From positions 21,043 through 85,042 of the IMG/VR virus record IMGVR_UViG_3300012936_000005: a stretch of DNA of 64,000 bases. The stretch is one strand, 5' to 3'. This document shows, one piece after another, positions 41,501 through 50,391 of the stretch (within the stretch, counting starts at the first letter, position 1; each line of letters begins with the position of its first letter). The notes beneath the pieces are model-generated. The model saw only the letters and a list, made by a program, of their open reading frames with translations, had not been told where the DNA came from and searched no databases. This stretch comes from a virus. The position numbers and the translations under genes were made by a program.

Positions 41501-42247
41501 TCCTGAACCTCTACCATCTTCTCTATATAAAAATGCTAAACTTGTTCCTGGTACTGGATTTTCTTCTTGTATAACATTAAACTCTTCATCAATTCCTGTA
41601 GATACCATTTCAAATTGTGTAGGTAATCCGTTCACTGACTTTGTAAAGCCAAAGACAGGAACATCTGTACCACCACTGTTAAATCTATACTGCTGTGTAA
41701 GTACACCGTTTATAATTTTTGATTTAGCAGGTTTGCCTACAGTTCCGTTTTGAGGTAATGATGCATTAAGCACACGTCTAAATTGTTCTGCCCAATTAGC
41801 ATTACTAGGATCGTTCCAAATAATAGTTTGTCCTGTAAGGTTGTTTCCATTACTGTCTACTATAGACTCAGTAGTGCTTACACTTTCAAATTTAATAAGT
41901 CCGTTTGCCGCTTGGTTACGTCTAGGATTATATGATAGCATACGTGCTAGACGTAGCACTGACTCTCTTCGTTCAGCTAGTTCTAAGAAATTTTCTCTTG
42001 CATTTAGGTCAACTCTGTAACTGATATTTTGCCCTAAAAAGGCAATCATATCAATTAGTGCAAGATATTCTGATGTATCAACATAATCATTGAAGTCTTC
42101 TGGGTAGTTGTTTCTTAGATAGGTAATCATAGCCCGTCTAAGTGTGTCAAAGTCATAACTACGGAACTCAGCGTTACGATAACTTTGGTATACTTTTTGC
42201 CAATCTTCTGCTAAAAGCAGTCTATTTTGTCTGTCTGTTGATGACAT
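38597..42247 (-). CDS. baseplate wedge subunit, T4 gp6-like
   Basis: YDFDTLRRAMITYLR...LIDMIAF...ENFLELAERRESVLRLARMLSYNP; FADG.FG.LP; QNRM.T.EDY. Confidence 0.85.
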   Translation of the reverse strand: MSSTDRQNRLLLAEDWQKVYQSYRNAEFRSYDFDTLRRAMITYLRNNYPEDFNDYVDTSEYLALIDMIAFLGQNISYRVDLNARENFLELAERRESVLRLARMLSYNPRRNQAANGLIKFESVSTTESIVDSNGNNLTGQTIIWNDPSNANWAEQFRRVLNASLPQNGTVGKPAKSKIINGVLTQQYRFNSGGTDVPVFGFTKSVNGLPTQFEMVSTGIDEEFNVIQEENPVPGTSLAFLYREDGRGSGSSNTGYFLHFRQGQLKSNVFNVNSPSSNQKIAVEAQNINDSDVWLYSLDQNGVADRIWTKVSSLEGNNAIYNSLNKRIRDFYVVQTRANDEISLVFADGTFGNLPAGTFRVYYRTSANRIMSINPNELTGITFTLPYTSKAGTTETLTIGVELKTPVTNATTSESTANIRTNAPQTYYTQNRMITGEDYNIVPLTSNQEIIKVKSTNRTTSGISRYFDLKDATGKYSSTNLYGSDGVLYREPYESKTSFSFSTQTDIEGAIENTVLPIIQSRAISNFYFGNYAKIIVSDLNARWKQSSKTTNSSSGLLNNISDIPYQVGTFTGGSLKYLEAGALLKFKSPAGFYFIGEGELTSDSKAKGASDYKWVKVISVDGAGTSVDSVTGQGPIVFNEILPSNSVLEEVKPKIVKDISADVRSQIIDQVFAYKTFALRYDQVTRAWRVIINENLNTVDVFSNGKTGDVTNNQLDSSWLILFQTNGEKYTVTNRGLRYIFESDKELSFYFDGQNKIYDSQTGQLVKDKVAIMNFNTKPDSLEAFNNDVNWEIVKEFRNADGYVNSKKVEVSFFDNNEDGSVDDPDIFDNVVDPLTNSTAKYIFLKKESSDQGFSKFNYYSQGSTIKIVSTETEIGAYSQYTDGKVFYIIDNDNFKILNNSVLSVTADYKAYVGRSDLKFQYVHSADEGNRIDPSASNIIDIYLLTKSYDTNFRKYIRGETNTMPLPPSTDELFQNYGTKIALYKSISDEVIYHPVLYKPLFGIHAQDNLQATIKIVKNGGEVVNNNELKTNVINAVNRFFSLQNWDFGETFHFTELATYVMNEVAPDVVNILLVPKQATQGFGSLYEVKSENNEIFINDATVDDVEIIDSVTASRIQASGKVVTATGTTNTGIKSQALSTAGTTTTTSTGTTTTTTTTATTTSSSGSSSGGGQYSGGGGSSSGGGGSSSGGGGSSGGGGSSGGGGSSGGGGGYGY
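38667..38719. repeat. 21-bp tandem repeat (2.5 copies) within the Gly/Ser-rich tail of gp6
   Basis: ccaccgccaccgcttgacgat twice plus a partial copy; encodes GGGGSSS. Confidence 0.85.
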
Positions 42248-42310
42248 CGATTATCCTTCTTTAAATGCTACAGTATTTATTACAAATGATAATACTAGTA
42301 GTTAATTCTA

Positions 42311-42742
42311 TCACGACAACCCAATGTTTTTATCAAACTGCATTTTCAAATTTTCGCTTATATTATAGTCCAAATAAGTAAGTGTACATTCAATCTGTAA
42401 TCCGCTTTCATATTCAGAAACTTGAACGCTAGATGCACGAGTTCTAGGATCAAAATTTACAATATTAGTAACATTAGTTGTAATAGCTTCTTTGAGTCTT
42501 GTTGTAAGTGGTTCGTATAAGGCATCCCAAATTATACAACCAAATGTAGGGTCAGATAACTTTTCTCCCTGACGTATATTAAGATGATTTAATAAATTTT
42601 GCTTAATCAAAGCAATATCAAACTGTTGAAAAGAATTGTTTTCAGGATTTACTGTGCTGAATCCCCTATATGCTTTTTGCTTGATAGGAGGCTTTTTCTC
42701 TTTTCTAGGAGTTACTTTAATTGTTTTGTATAAGTCTGCCAT
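42311..42742 (-). CDS. baseplate wedge subunit, T4 gp25-like
   Basis: IKQNLLNHLNIRQGEKLSDPTFGC...LYEP...DPR. Confidence 0.9.
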   Translation of the reverse strand: MADLYKTIKVTPRKEKKPPIKQKAYRGFSTVNPENNSFQQFDIALIKQNLLNHLNIRQGEKLSDPTFGCIIWDALYEPLTTRLKEAITTNVTNIVNFDPRTRASSVQVSEYESGLQIECTLTYLDYNISENLKMQFDKNIGLS

Positions 42743-42760
42743 ATTAATATTTACCTTTCA

Positions 42761-43063
42761 TTAAGGACCGGCGAAAACTGTTTCGCTTCCTGTTGAAACG
42801 CTTGTACAATCTGTAATAGCATCTCCGACACGGCCGCAACCCTTACCATTTATAAAAACTTCTGTACTTCCTGTTGTAATAGGCTGTGCATGTGTACCAC
42901 ACGGTGCTGGTGGAACATCGTGAGTCGTGTTTTTATCGTCTTGTCGAGATACTCCTGTTCCATTCACAAATACATCACTACTACACTCATCTCTAAAAGG
43001 AGTGGAGCAATGTGATACATCTTCGTCAACGCTATCACCTCTACATACTGCTGGCACGTTCAA
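42761..43063 (-). CDS. PAAR-type spike tip protein (T4 gp5.4-like)
   Basis: VFVNGTGVSRQDD...H...ITTGSTEVFINGKGCGRVGD...GSETVFAG; the start may be the GTG at 43057. Confidence 0.85.
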   Translation of the reverse strand: MNVPAVCRGDSVDEDVSHCSTPFRDECSSDVFVNGTGVSRQDDKNTTHDVPPAPCGTHAQPITTGSTEVFINGKGCGRVGDAITDCTSVSTGSETVFAGP

Positions 43064-43244
43064 TCTCCATTAATCTTTGTAATTTTGTATTCCATTGTTC
43101 AATTTCTTCGTGTTGTTCTTCTGTGTGAGGACCTTCAGGAACATGAGGTCTAAATTTAATAACATGATCAAACTTATTAGGTATATCTTCATAGTTATTA
43201 AATGTTTGAAGTTTTCCATCTATCATTATAACAAATTCATGCAT
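43041..43244 (-). CDS. small hypothetical phage protein
   Basis: 67 aa, TAATG-coupled to gp5. Confidence 0.7.
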   Translation of the reverse strand: MHEFVIMIDGKLQTFNNYEDIPNKFDHVIKFRPHVPEGPHTEEQHEEIEQWNTKLQRLMEIERASSM

Positions 43245-45991
43245 TACTGTACCTTTGTCACTCCATTGCCGTTATCAATAGCTTGTGGTGGTGTTACATC
43301 AGCTAATGGTGTTAGATCACCATTTTTAATTTGTTGCCAAAAACCTCTACCGGACTTAGTTCTTTCTATTGTTTTACTACCGCTTGGATCTGCGTATCCT
43401 ATAGCATTTCTAAATTGTTTTCCTAAAGATGTAAAGTTAGTATCAGTCCAAGTTATAAAACCTGCCTTAGGCCCTTTGGTCAAATAAGCTACTGCGAGTT
43501 TACAAGCAATTTTTGGATCATTTGCTAGTTCTGGATTTTTGTAAATATCTACTCCAGCAAATCCGCCGTACAATTTGTAATTGTCTGTGCCGGTTAATTG
43601 GATTAGTCCACGTCCTCTATATCTCCAGCCGTCACCTGTTTCAGGTCCGCCATTACCCATTCTGCTACCATACACAACACTTCCTATTTCTACAGGCTTT
43701 CTATGCAACTGTTCTGATAATGCACGGCCGCCAGGCTTTCTAAACATTTTAAATGTAGCTCTTAAACCTTTTGCACTGTAATTTAAATTCTCGCTTCGAG
43801 GTTCAAAACGACTTTCAGCTTGTATTTGTGCTACAGCCATACCTAAGGCTTCACCTGCTCCACCTTCTGCTCCGCTTTTTAATGCTTCAACAGGATCAAG
43901 TCCTAGTCCTTTTATAAGTTCGCTTAAGAAAAATCTTTTAGACTCTGTTCTTGATATTGGCTCTGCTGGCTGTGTTCCAACTTTTCCATCATCGTTGCTT
44001 TTGAATACTTTGTCTATATCAACAACTTTTGGATCTGAGTCTCCTGCTCTAAACACACCAGAGGTGCTGTTACGTTCAGGCATATCTGATTCTTTTTCCA
44101 ATGTTGGTGATGATTGTCTTAAGGAAGGAGATGATTGAATAATACTTTCTGTAACTCCCGGAGTATGTCCTGATGGATTATAATTTTCGTGTCCAGCCCA
44201 AGGTTCGTGTAACGGAACACGTCTTGGAGTGGCCGCTTCTGCGGCTTCGCCTGCTCTTGTTGCGTCTGCTGTAACTCTTAATGGGTTTCCGTCAGCGTCA
44301 TTAATAATTTGATTGTCTTTATCACGTACTTCATCTGCATCGTCAAGAGAATTACCTGTTGCTGGTTTAGTAAACGTATCGCCTATTACGTCTGCTGTAT
44401 CTGCAGATGTTGCTGGTATTGTACTATTCATATGAATATGGTTACCTGCTGTTTCAAGATGATTGATTCCTGATTTTATTTCTGTGTTTCCAGTGCTTGC
44501 ATCAAATTTGTTGTTAAGAAAACTTTTAATTTGTGTGCTTTGATAACTGGTCAATTTGTTTTCGCCAAGTGTATTCAAGTTATATGCACCATTTATTGTT
44601 TGTCTATAATCACCTACTACTTTACTGTGGAAGTTTGCGTTTATAGCAATGTGTCCATCTTTACTAACTTGTAAATTATAATCTCCGGATATTGTTGATC
44701 TTTGTGTTCCAGCAATTTGCACATCTTCGTCCTCGCCGATTGCTTTTTGTCTAGCGCCACTTACTCTTAGATCTTGGTTAACTCCAACATTTTTAGTATC
44801 ATTGTTTGATATAATAACGTCATTGTTGTTACCCACTTGTACTTTTTTATCTCTACCTGTCGTTAAGTTAAAGTCTCTTCCTGATCTTATGTTTATATCT
44901 CTGTCTGCTGTAATATTGAGATCTGTTTCAGTTCTTATATTAATACTATCACTAGCATATACATCTATTTTGCCGTTACCTGTAAGTTCAATCCAAGCAC
45001 TACCTTGTGCGTTACCTATATAAATTAAATCTTCAGTATTGTGTAATAATATCTGATGACCTGTTCTAGTTTTAAGTTTGATATGTTCATTAAATGGTAG
45101 TGTTACATCTGCCTTAGAAACATTTCTCGGAGTAGTTTCAATGTCATAATATACTGCACCTACTTGAGTAGCTGGTGCTTCTCTTAACAATGTAGGATCT
45201 CCGTCATCCATAGTAAATGCTGAGCCACCTAGTCTGCTTCTGTATATGTCTTTTTCTTGACCAAATTCTCCATATTTTCCTTTTGGTTTTCCTGCACGTT
45301 TATCTAAAGGTCCTGGTGTATTCCAACCATACACTGTGTTAGGTATATCTCGTCTAGATGATGTAGATGTTAGTCCTCTCACAATATCTTCTTGTAATCC
45401 TTGTGTTGCTAATACTCTAGACATCATAGGATTATGTGGACGTGGAAATCTATCTGGATTATTACTTTTTTTCGAATCTCTTAATTTTTTATTGAACTCA
45501 CCTACAGGCAAAGGCAGATTTTTTAAATCATCTGGCAAAGTATTTTGTATTATATTGTCTCCTTTGTCAGAGGGGTATCCGCCAGGAACCATAAAGTTCA
45601 TGTATTCGTCTTGTATACAACCTATCCAATAGCCTTGGTTTGGTAATCCTTCTGCAAATATAACAAGTACCTTTGTACCCGGATCAGGTGGCACTGCCCA
45701 AAAACCATAACTCTGTTGACTTGAATAGTAATCATTATTTTTTTGATTACTTTCTACATTTGTTACTCCATAAAAAGGCATACAATATCTTACAGTAAAT
45801 AATTGTCCGTCAGCTTTGTTATCATTTCCTGATATTGCATCAGTAAGTAATTGAACTTTTAATGCTCCTTGCCTTTTGGTATCTAAATGACTTATTACTT
45901 TTGCAATATACGGACCTGGCGACATACGTCCACCGCCAGCACCTGCTGACCGTTTTGTTTGTCCACCTGCTTTTAATTGTTTATCGTCCAT
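43244..45991 (-). CDS. baseplate central spike, T4 gp5-like, with C-terminal GH19 lysozyme/chitinase-like domain
   Basis: OB-fold (PPDPGTKVLVIF...YWIGC), RTGHQILLH, beta-helix repeats; AQIQAES...ENLNYS...GDGWRYRGRGLIQLTG.DNY. Confidence 0.85.
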   Translation of the reverse strand: MDDKQLKAGGQTKRSAGAGGGRMSPGPYIAKVISHLDTKRQGALKVQLLTDAISGNDNKADGQLFTVRYCMPFYGVTNVESNQKNNDYYSSQQSYGFWAVPPDPGTKVLVIFAEGLPNQGYWIGCIQDEYMNFMVPGGYPSDKGDNIIQNTLPDDLKNLPLPVGEFNKKLRDSKKSNNPDRFPRPHNPMMSRVLATQGLQEDIVRGLTSTSSRRDIPNTVYGWNTPGPLDKRAGKPKGKYGEFGQEKDIYRSRLGGSAFTMDDGDPTLLREAPATQVGAVYYDIETTPRNVSKADVTLPFNEHIKLKTRTGHQILLHNTEDLIYIGNAQGSAWIELTGNGKIDVYASDSINIRTETDLNITADRDINIRSGRDFNLTTGRDKKVQVGNNNDVIISNNDTKNVGVNQDLRVSGARQKAIGEDEDVQIAGTQRSTISGDYNLQVSKDGHIAINANFHSKVVGDYRQTINGAYNLNTLGENKLTSYQSTQIKSFLNNKFDASTGNTEIKSGINHLETAGNHIHMNSTIPATSADTADVIGDTFTKPATGNSLDDADEVRDKDNQIINDADGNPLRVTADATRAGEAAEAATPRRVPLHEPWAGHENYNPSGHTPGVTESIIQSSPSLRQSSPTLEKESDMPERNSTSGVFRAGDSDPKVVDIDKVFKSNDDGKVGTQPAEPISRTESKRFFLSELIKGLGLDPVEALKSGAEGGAGEALGMAVAQIQAESRFEPRSENLNYSAKGLRATFKMFRKPGGRALSEQLHRKPVEIGSVVYGSRMGNGGPETGDGWRYRGRGLIQLTGTDNYKLYGGFAGVDIYKNPELANDPKIACKLAVAYLTKGPKAGFITWTDTNFTSLGKQFRNAIGYADPSGSKTIERTKSGRGFWQQIKNGDLTPLADVTPPQAIDNGNGVTKVQ

Positions 45992-48900
45992 TTACTTTCC
46001 TATTCCGTATGGTACCCAAAGTCCTCTTTCATCTACGTAACCTGTACTTGTAGCAGTTGAGCTACTAGATTTTGAGCTCGACGAGCTTGATGAACTTCCT
46101 GTTGTTGCAGTACCGCCTGGATTTCCTCCGTCCCTAACTGATTCAGATGGTGGCGGAGCTCCTTGGTTTGCTATTCGTAAAATTCTATCTTCGTACACTA
46201 CTGGTTTAGATCCTTTATCTTCTGCGGCTTTAATATTTGCTTGAAGTTTTGCAAGGTATTCTGTATCTGATGCTTTTCCTCCTGTCAATCCGCTTAATTC
46301 ATTTGTGTAAACTACGCCATCTTTTTTGGCAATCATATATCTATATTCATCGGAATCTTTACTGTACAATGCTTCAACTGCGGCCGCTTGTTTGACCCAT
46401 TCTTTTGATGGCTCAAATTTCTTAGCAGTATTATCTTCACCCTCATCTTTTTTATCATAATTTGTGCGTTTTACTAATTGTAAATCTTGTGTAAACATAT
46501 TGCCTTCAAACCTATTTGCAACACTAATAACTCTGTAGAGTCCGCTAAAATTACTCACTCCTATAATTCTTCCGTCCATGAGATAATTGCCTGCGGCTGG
46601 ATTTACATCTATAGGTGTTGTAAATTGTAACATAATGTCTACATCACTCGTCTGATGATCAATTGAACCGTCTGCATTTATATTAATGTATGATGTTCGT
46701 TCAGCATTATAATTACCTGTGCCACTATCCGCAATATAATAAGGATCGCCTAATATTTTTAAATTTAAACTTATCATATCAGCTTCACTGTTAACTATTG
46801 CATCATTAAAAGATCTTGCTACTTGTATTCTTGCGTTCTCAGCTATTGCTCCTGCAGACAAAGGTGTAACATCACTACTAAGCTGTGTTGCTAATGTTTT
46901 TGCATCAGCCAACATAGTTGTATCTGTTCCTTTATTGCCTCCTACTCCTACTTCAAAATTAGGATCACTATCTCCTCTTTCTGAAGCACTATTACTTGCT
47001 TTATTGTTACCTCTATCAGGAGTAATAGATGCATAAAAAGTATTGTCTAATCTTATTTCAAAGTCAAGTATATCTTTGTTTAAACCTGTGTACATATAAT
47101 TGTATGCTTTAGGTGCTTGTTTGATTAATTCGTTATAACCTTTAGGTGCTTCATTAGGAAGCTGAAACTCTGAAATATGGGCTTTACGCGGATGAACGTT
47201 GTAAACATATATTCTTGGCATCCTGCCAATTTTCTTTTCTGCTTCTTCATCTTGTACAATAAATAGTTCTGCATTTATAGCAAACCAATTTAAATTTCCA
47301 AACTCATCTGGTTCTTGTGATAATAATGATTGACCGTATGAACTTATTAATACTAGTTCTTCAATTATTCTTTGTATCTTTGTTCCTGCTCTAAATTGTA
47401 TAGTCCGTTTATTTGGATCAATTCCTGTAGATCCTCTTTGAAAATTATTCGATGTTTCATTGTAGACGAAACTTGTTTGAGCAAAAGGACTATCCCCGCC
47501 ACCTAATGGTTCTTCAGGATCTACTTTAGACATACCAATAGGATTAACTCCTGAAAGGCCGCCTGGATTTCCTCCGTCCCTGATTGATTCTTTATTTGAA
47601 ATAACTTTCTTTATTGCTTCACTTAAATTACTACGCTTTACACTGTAACCTAGTCTGCCATCAATAAATTCTTTCTTTGAATGTTCATCTCCCATGTATA
47701 CATTTCGATTTGGGGGACCACCTGCATATACTCTAGTAAAAGTTGCATCCTTTTGTCCTACTGTAGATATTGCATCGTCGTAGTTAATATCTTTTAGTGT
47801 CCAATCTCCTGTGGTTGCGGCTTGTTCACCTTTGCTGTCTGACTTGTATAATTCAGCTTTTTTAGCACTCGATAACTCGGTTGGAAAGGCAATAATATAT
47901 TCATCTATTTCATGCTTAACTTTATCATTAGCTTGTGCTTTCAAATAATGTGTGTTAAGATGAGTAGCAACACTATCAAAACCGCTTTGACATATTTCCT
48001 CTAAAGTGTTTCCTGATACCGACAAATCAGTTGGTATTGATTGAGTAGTGTCATTAAACGCTTCATCATTAAATGCACTACATAAAAAGTTATATCTAGA
48101 ACCTTCTGTGTCTACTTCAAAGTCTACTGTAACAATTTTTAATGGCAATAATTTTTGTGCAAAAGGTGCTGTCGGCTTCTGACTTTCCATGTCCTTCCAA
48201 CCAACAAACATTATATGCAATAACCAAGGTGCTTCAGAATAATTTTTATATCCTGCATTCATAGCACATAATTGCATTGTTTGAAATAATTGACCCATAC
48301 TATAAGGTTCTCTAATTTCAAACTTTATTTGAAAGAAATTTGTCTGTCTACTTTTTTTGTTTGGAGCAATATAAGTATCGATTTCTACATTATCAATAAA
48401 GTATTGTGTATCTACATTATAATCTTGCTCTGCTCCTGTTCTTGGTTTCTTATTTGATTTTAATCCTGCACCTGATCTAAAAACCATTTGTCCGCCTCTA
48501 ATTCCGGTTTTCCTATAAGTTTCGTCAGGATAATTTAATTCTTGTGGACTAATACAACCAAATGAAAATATATTGTTGTAAGTTGCAAACTGTTCTAAAA
48601 CATTTGCTAAAGGTAAAGGAGTATTTCCTCTTTCTCTTTTTGGTTCAATTGTTTGTACATAGTCTTCATTGTTTGCATCGCCTACTGTAGCTGTATCTTG
48701 TGTGTTGCTAGATCTAAAATAATTGTTTGTACCTTGTGTGCTACTTCCGGTAGGTATTCCTGTTATGTTTCCGCTACTATCTAAGTAAGAAGAAAAGAAT
48801 GGAGGCACTTCACCTTTTTCTGCGGCCGCTCCTTGTTCTTCGTAAAAATCAGCTAATCCGTTCATCCCAAAGGCACGCATAAACTTTTTGGCTTCTTCAG

Positions 48901-49081
48901 GATCTCCTTCATTTTTTGGTTTAGTTTGATTAAATTTACTTGCTACGTTTGACTTGCCGTTAGGATTTCTTGTTCCGTATTCTCCTGCACGTTCATTGTT
49001 AGTAAACCCATCTTTGCCAACCTGATTATTTTTATTAATAAGAGTTTGACCTGTAATTGGGTCTGTACGGAATGTTGCCAT
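45992..49081 (-). CDS. baseplate hub/tail protein (gp27-like position)
   Basis: LKILGDP, SGLYRVISVANRFEGNMFTQDLQLVK (hub-like C-terminus); lies between gp53-like and gp5. Confidence 0.6.
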   Translation of the reverse strand: MATFRTDPITGQTLINKNNQVGKDGFTNNERAGEYGTRNPNGKSNVASKFNQTKPKNEGDPEEAKKFMRAFGMNGLADFYEEQGAAAEKGEVPPFFSSYLDSSGNITGIPTGSSTQGTNNYFRSSNTQDTATVGDANNEDYVQTIEPKRERGNTPLPLANVLEQFATYNNIFSFGCISPQELNYPDETYRKTGIRGGQMVFRSGAGLKSNKKPRTGAEQDYNVDTQYFIDNVEIDTYIAPNKKSRQTNFFQIKFEIREPYSMGQLFQTMQLCAMNAGYKNYSEAPWLLHIMFVGWKDMESQKPTAPFAQKLLPLKIVTVDFEVDTEGSRYNFLCSAFNDEAFNDTTQSIPTDLSVSGNTLEEICQSGFDSVATHLNTHYLKAQANDKVKHEIDEYIIAFPTELSSAKKAELYKSDSKGEQAATTGDWTLKDINYDDAISTVGQKDATFTRVYAGGPPNRNVYMGDEHSKKEFIDGRLGYSVKRSNLSEAIKKVISNKESIRDGGNPGGLSGVNPIGMSKVDPEEPLGGGDSPFAQTSFVYNETSNNFQRGSTGIDPNKRTIQFRAGTKIQRIIEELVLISSYGQSLLSQEPDEFGNLNWFAINAELFIVQDEEAEKKIGRMPRIYVYNVHPRKAHISEFQLPNEAPKGYNELIKQAPKAYNYMYTGLNKDILDFEIRLDNTFYASITPDRGNNKASNSASERGDSDPNFEVGVGGNKGTDTTMLADAKTLATQLSSDVTPLSAGAIAENARIQVARSFNDAIVNSEADMISLNLKILGDPYYIADSGTGNYNAERTSYININADGSIDHQTSDVDIMLQFTTPIDVNPAAGNYLMDGRIIGVSNFSGLYRVISVANRFEGNMFTQDLQLVKRTNYDKKDEGEDNTAKKFEPSKEWVKQAAAVEALYSKDSDEYRYMIAKKDGVVYTNELSGLTGGKASDTEYLAKLQANIKAAEDKGSKPVVYEDRILRIANQGAPPPSESVRDGGNPGGTATTGSSSSSSSSKSSSSTATSTGYVDERGLWVPYGIGK
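46113..47590. repeat. dispersed direct repeat pair, 23 bp identical (30/32), at 46113-46144 and 47559-47590
   Basis: ccgcctggatttcctccgtccct in both copies; encodes ES(I/V)RDGGNPGG. Confidence 0.85.
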
Positions 49082-49085
49082 TAGG

Positions 49086-49379
49086 TTACTCTCCTAAGTG
49101 TTCTTTAACACGACTCGGATCCGGTAAGTAAATCTGTAATCCTGGAACTAAGTCGTAGACAGGATCTTCTATTACATCTAGATTTCTTTGAGCAAATATC
49201 CACCAAAGGTTTTTATCTCCGTACATATCGTATGCTAATAAATCTGGTCTGTGAGTGTACTGCGGTTCTACTGTATATAACGGATCTTCACTATACGCTG
49301 GCACAGGTCTGATAGCTAAAATACCTAATGTACCTTCTGTAGTAATTTTTGTTTTTGAATATGGACTGTAACTAGCCAT
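49086..49379 (-). CDS. baseplate wedge subunit, gp53/LysM-like
   Basis: HRPDLLAYDMYGDKNLWWIFA...PGLQIYLP. Confidence 0.8.
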   Translation of the reverse strand: MASYSPYSKTKITTEGTLGILAIRPVPAYSEDPLYTVEPQYTHRPDLLAYDMYGDKNLWWIFAQRNLDVIEDPVYDLVPGLQIYLPDPSRVKEHLGE

Positions 49380-50311
49380 TAAATATATCCTCTTCCAAGA
49401 TCAGAACCATTAATGAAATTTCTGTAACTAAAGTTAGTTTGACTATCTCTACTGTAAATAGGTTGAACTGTAATTGAAAACTGTGACTCTGAAGGAGCCC
49501 AGCCAAATCTTTGTCCTGCTGTTGGACTACTTCCATAATCATCATATGCGGCAATCTGTCCAGGTGTAAATCCGCAAGCAATATAATCTACTTCGTTTGG
49601 TAAGTCAACTGTAAAGTTTTGAATAATAACAGGAACATTATTGAATACATAATCACCGTAGCCGTTAAGTTTTGCTATAGGCGGAGGTGCTCCTGAACTA
49701 ACAGCACCATAATCCATCTTAGTCATAACTCTCAAATAATGTAAACATGCTGTCCAATATTGAGCTTCTAAACTATTTTGACAATAAAATTGTCCAACTA
49801 TTGTCATTGCATCCACTTGTGAGTTCTGATAAGCAAAGAACGGATAATTATTATGTATAGGGGACACTGTGTTATAGTTTGCACTGTGACTTACAATAAT
49901 AGTTGGTGTGTACGGAAAGACCATATGTCCGTCATTTTGTACAAACAATGGACTTAACATTCCTCCAGTATTGCCAACTGATTTAGGAACTGACAATTTG
50001 ACACGCCAATCTTTTTCTTCCAGCTCGGCAGTAAACGTCGCAGGTGATTTAGCTTCAAATGGATTAGCTCCAGCTTTTCCGGGCAAATTTTTACCACGTA
50101 ATCCAGAAACAAGATCCTCAGCACCACCACTTATTCCATCAAATATGTCTTGTCCTATATCTTTTGCTCCAGCTATTGCATCTGAAACAAATCCAGGAAC
50201 ATTTCCTGATGCTACATTTTGCCCTGGCGCATTTGTTCCTACTGGCGGAACTTTGACACCCATGTTTTTACCGTCTTTAGATATGATTCCATCTTTGAAG
50301 AAAGTTGTCAT
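49379..50311 (-). CDS. tail tube initiator/baseplate-tube junction (gp48/gp54-like)
   Basis: FPYTPTI, GAPPPIAKLNGYG...NVPVIIQNFTVDLP; context. Confidence 0.6.
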   Translation of the reverse strand: MTTFFKDGIISKDGKNMGVKVPPVGTNAPGQNVASGNVPGFVSDAIAGAKDIGQDIFDGISGGAEDLVSGLRGKNLPGKAGANPFEAKSPATFTAELEEKDWRVKLSVPKSVGNTGGMLSPLFVQNDGHMVFPYTPTIIVSHSANYNTVSPIHNNYPFFAYQNSQVDAMTIVGQFYCQNSLEAQYWTACLHYLRVMTKMDYGAVSSGAPPPIAKLNGYGDYVFNNVPVIIQNFTVDLPNEVDYIACGFTPGQIAAYDDYGSSPTAGQRFGWAPSESQFSITVQPIYSRDSQTNFSYRNFINGSDLGRGYI

Positions 50312-50340
50312 AATAATTGTCTCCTATATACATTATTTAG

Positions 50341-50369
50341 TTGACAAAATTAACAGAGTAGTTTATAAT
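50341..50369 (+). promoter_or_regulatory. perfect sigma70-type promoter for the late sigma gene
   Basis: TTGACA-aaattaacagagtagtt (17 nt)-TATAAT; GGAG SD before the ATG at 50392. Confidence 0.9.
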
Positions 50370-50391
50370 ATAACAAATAATCGGAGAAAAT

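Noticed and set aside
49372-49581. 69-aa alternative-frame ORF overlapping the gp48/54-like gene
   Set aside because: Nested out of frame, no SD or recognisable motifs.
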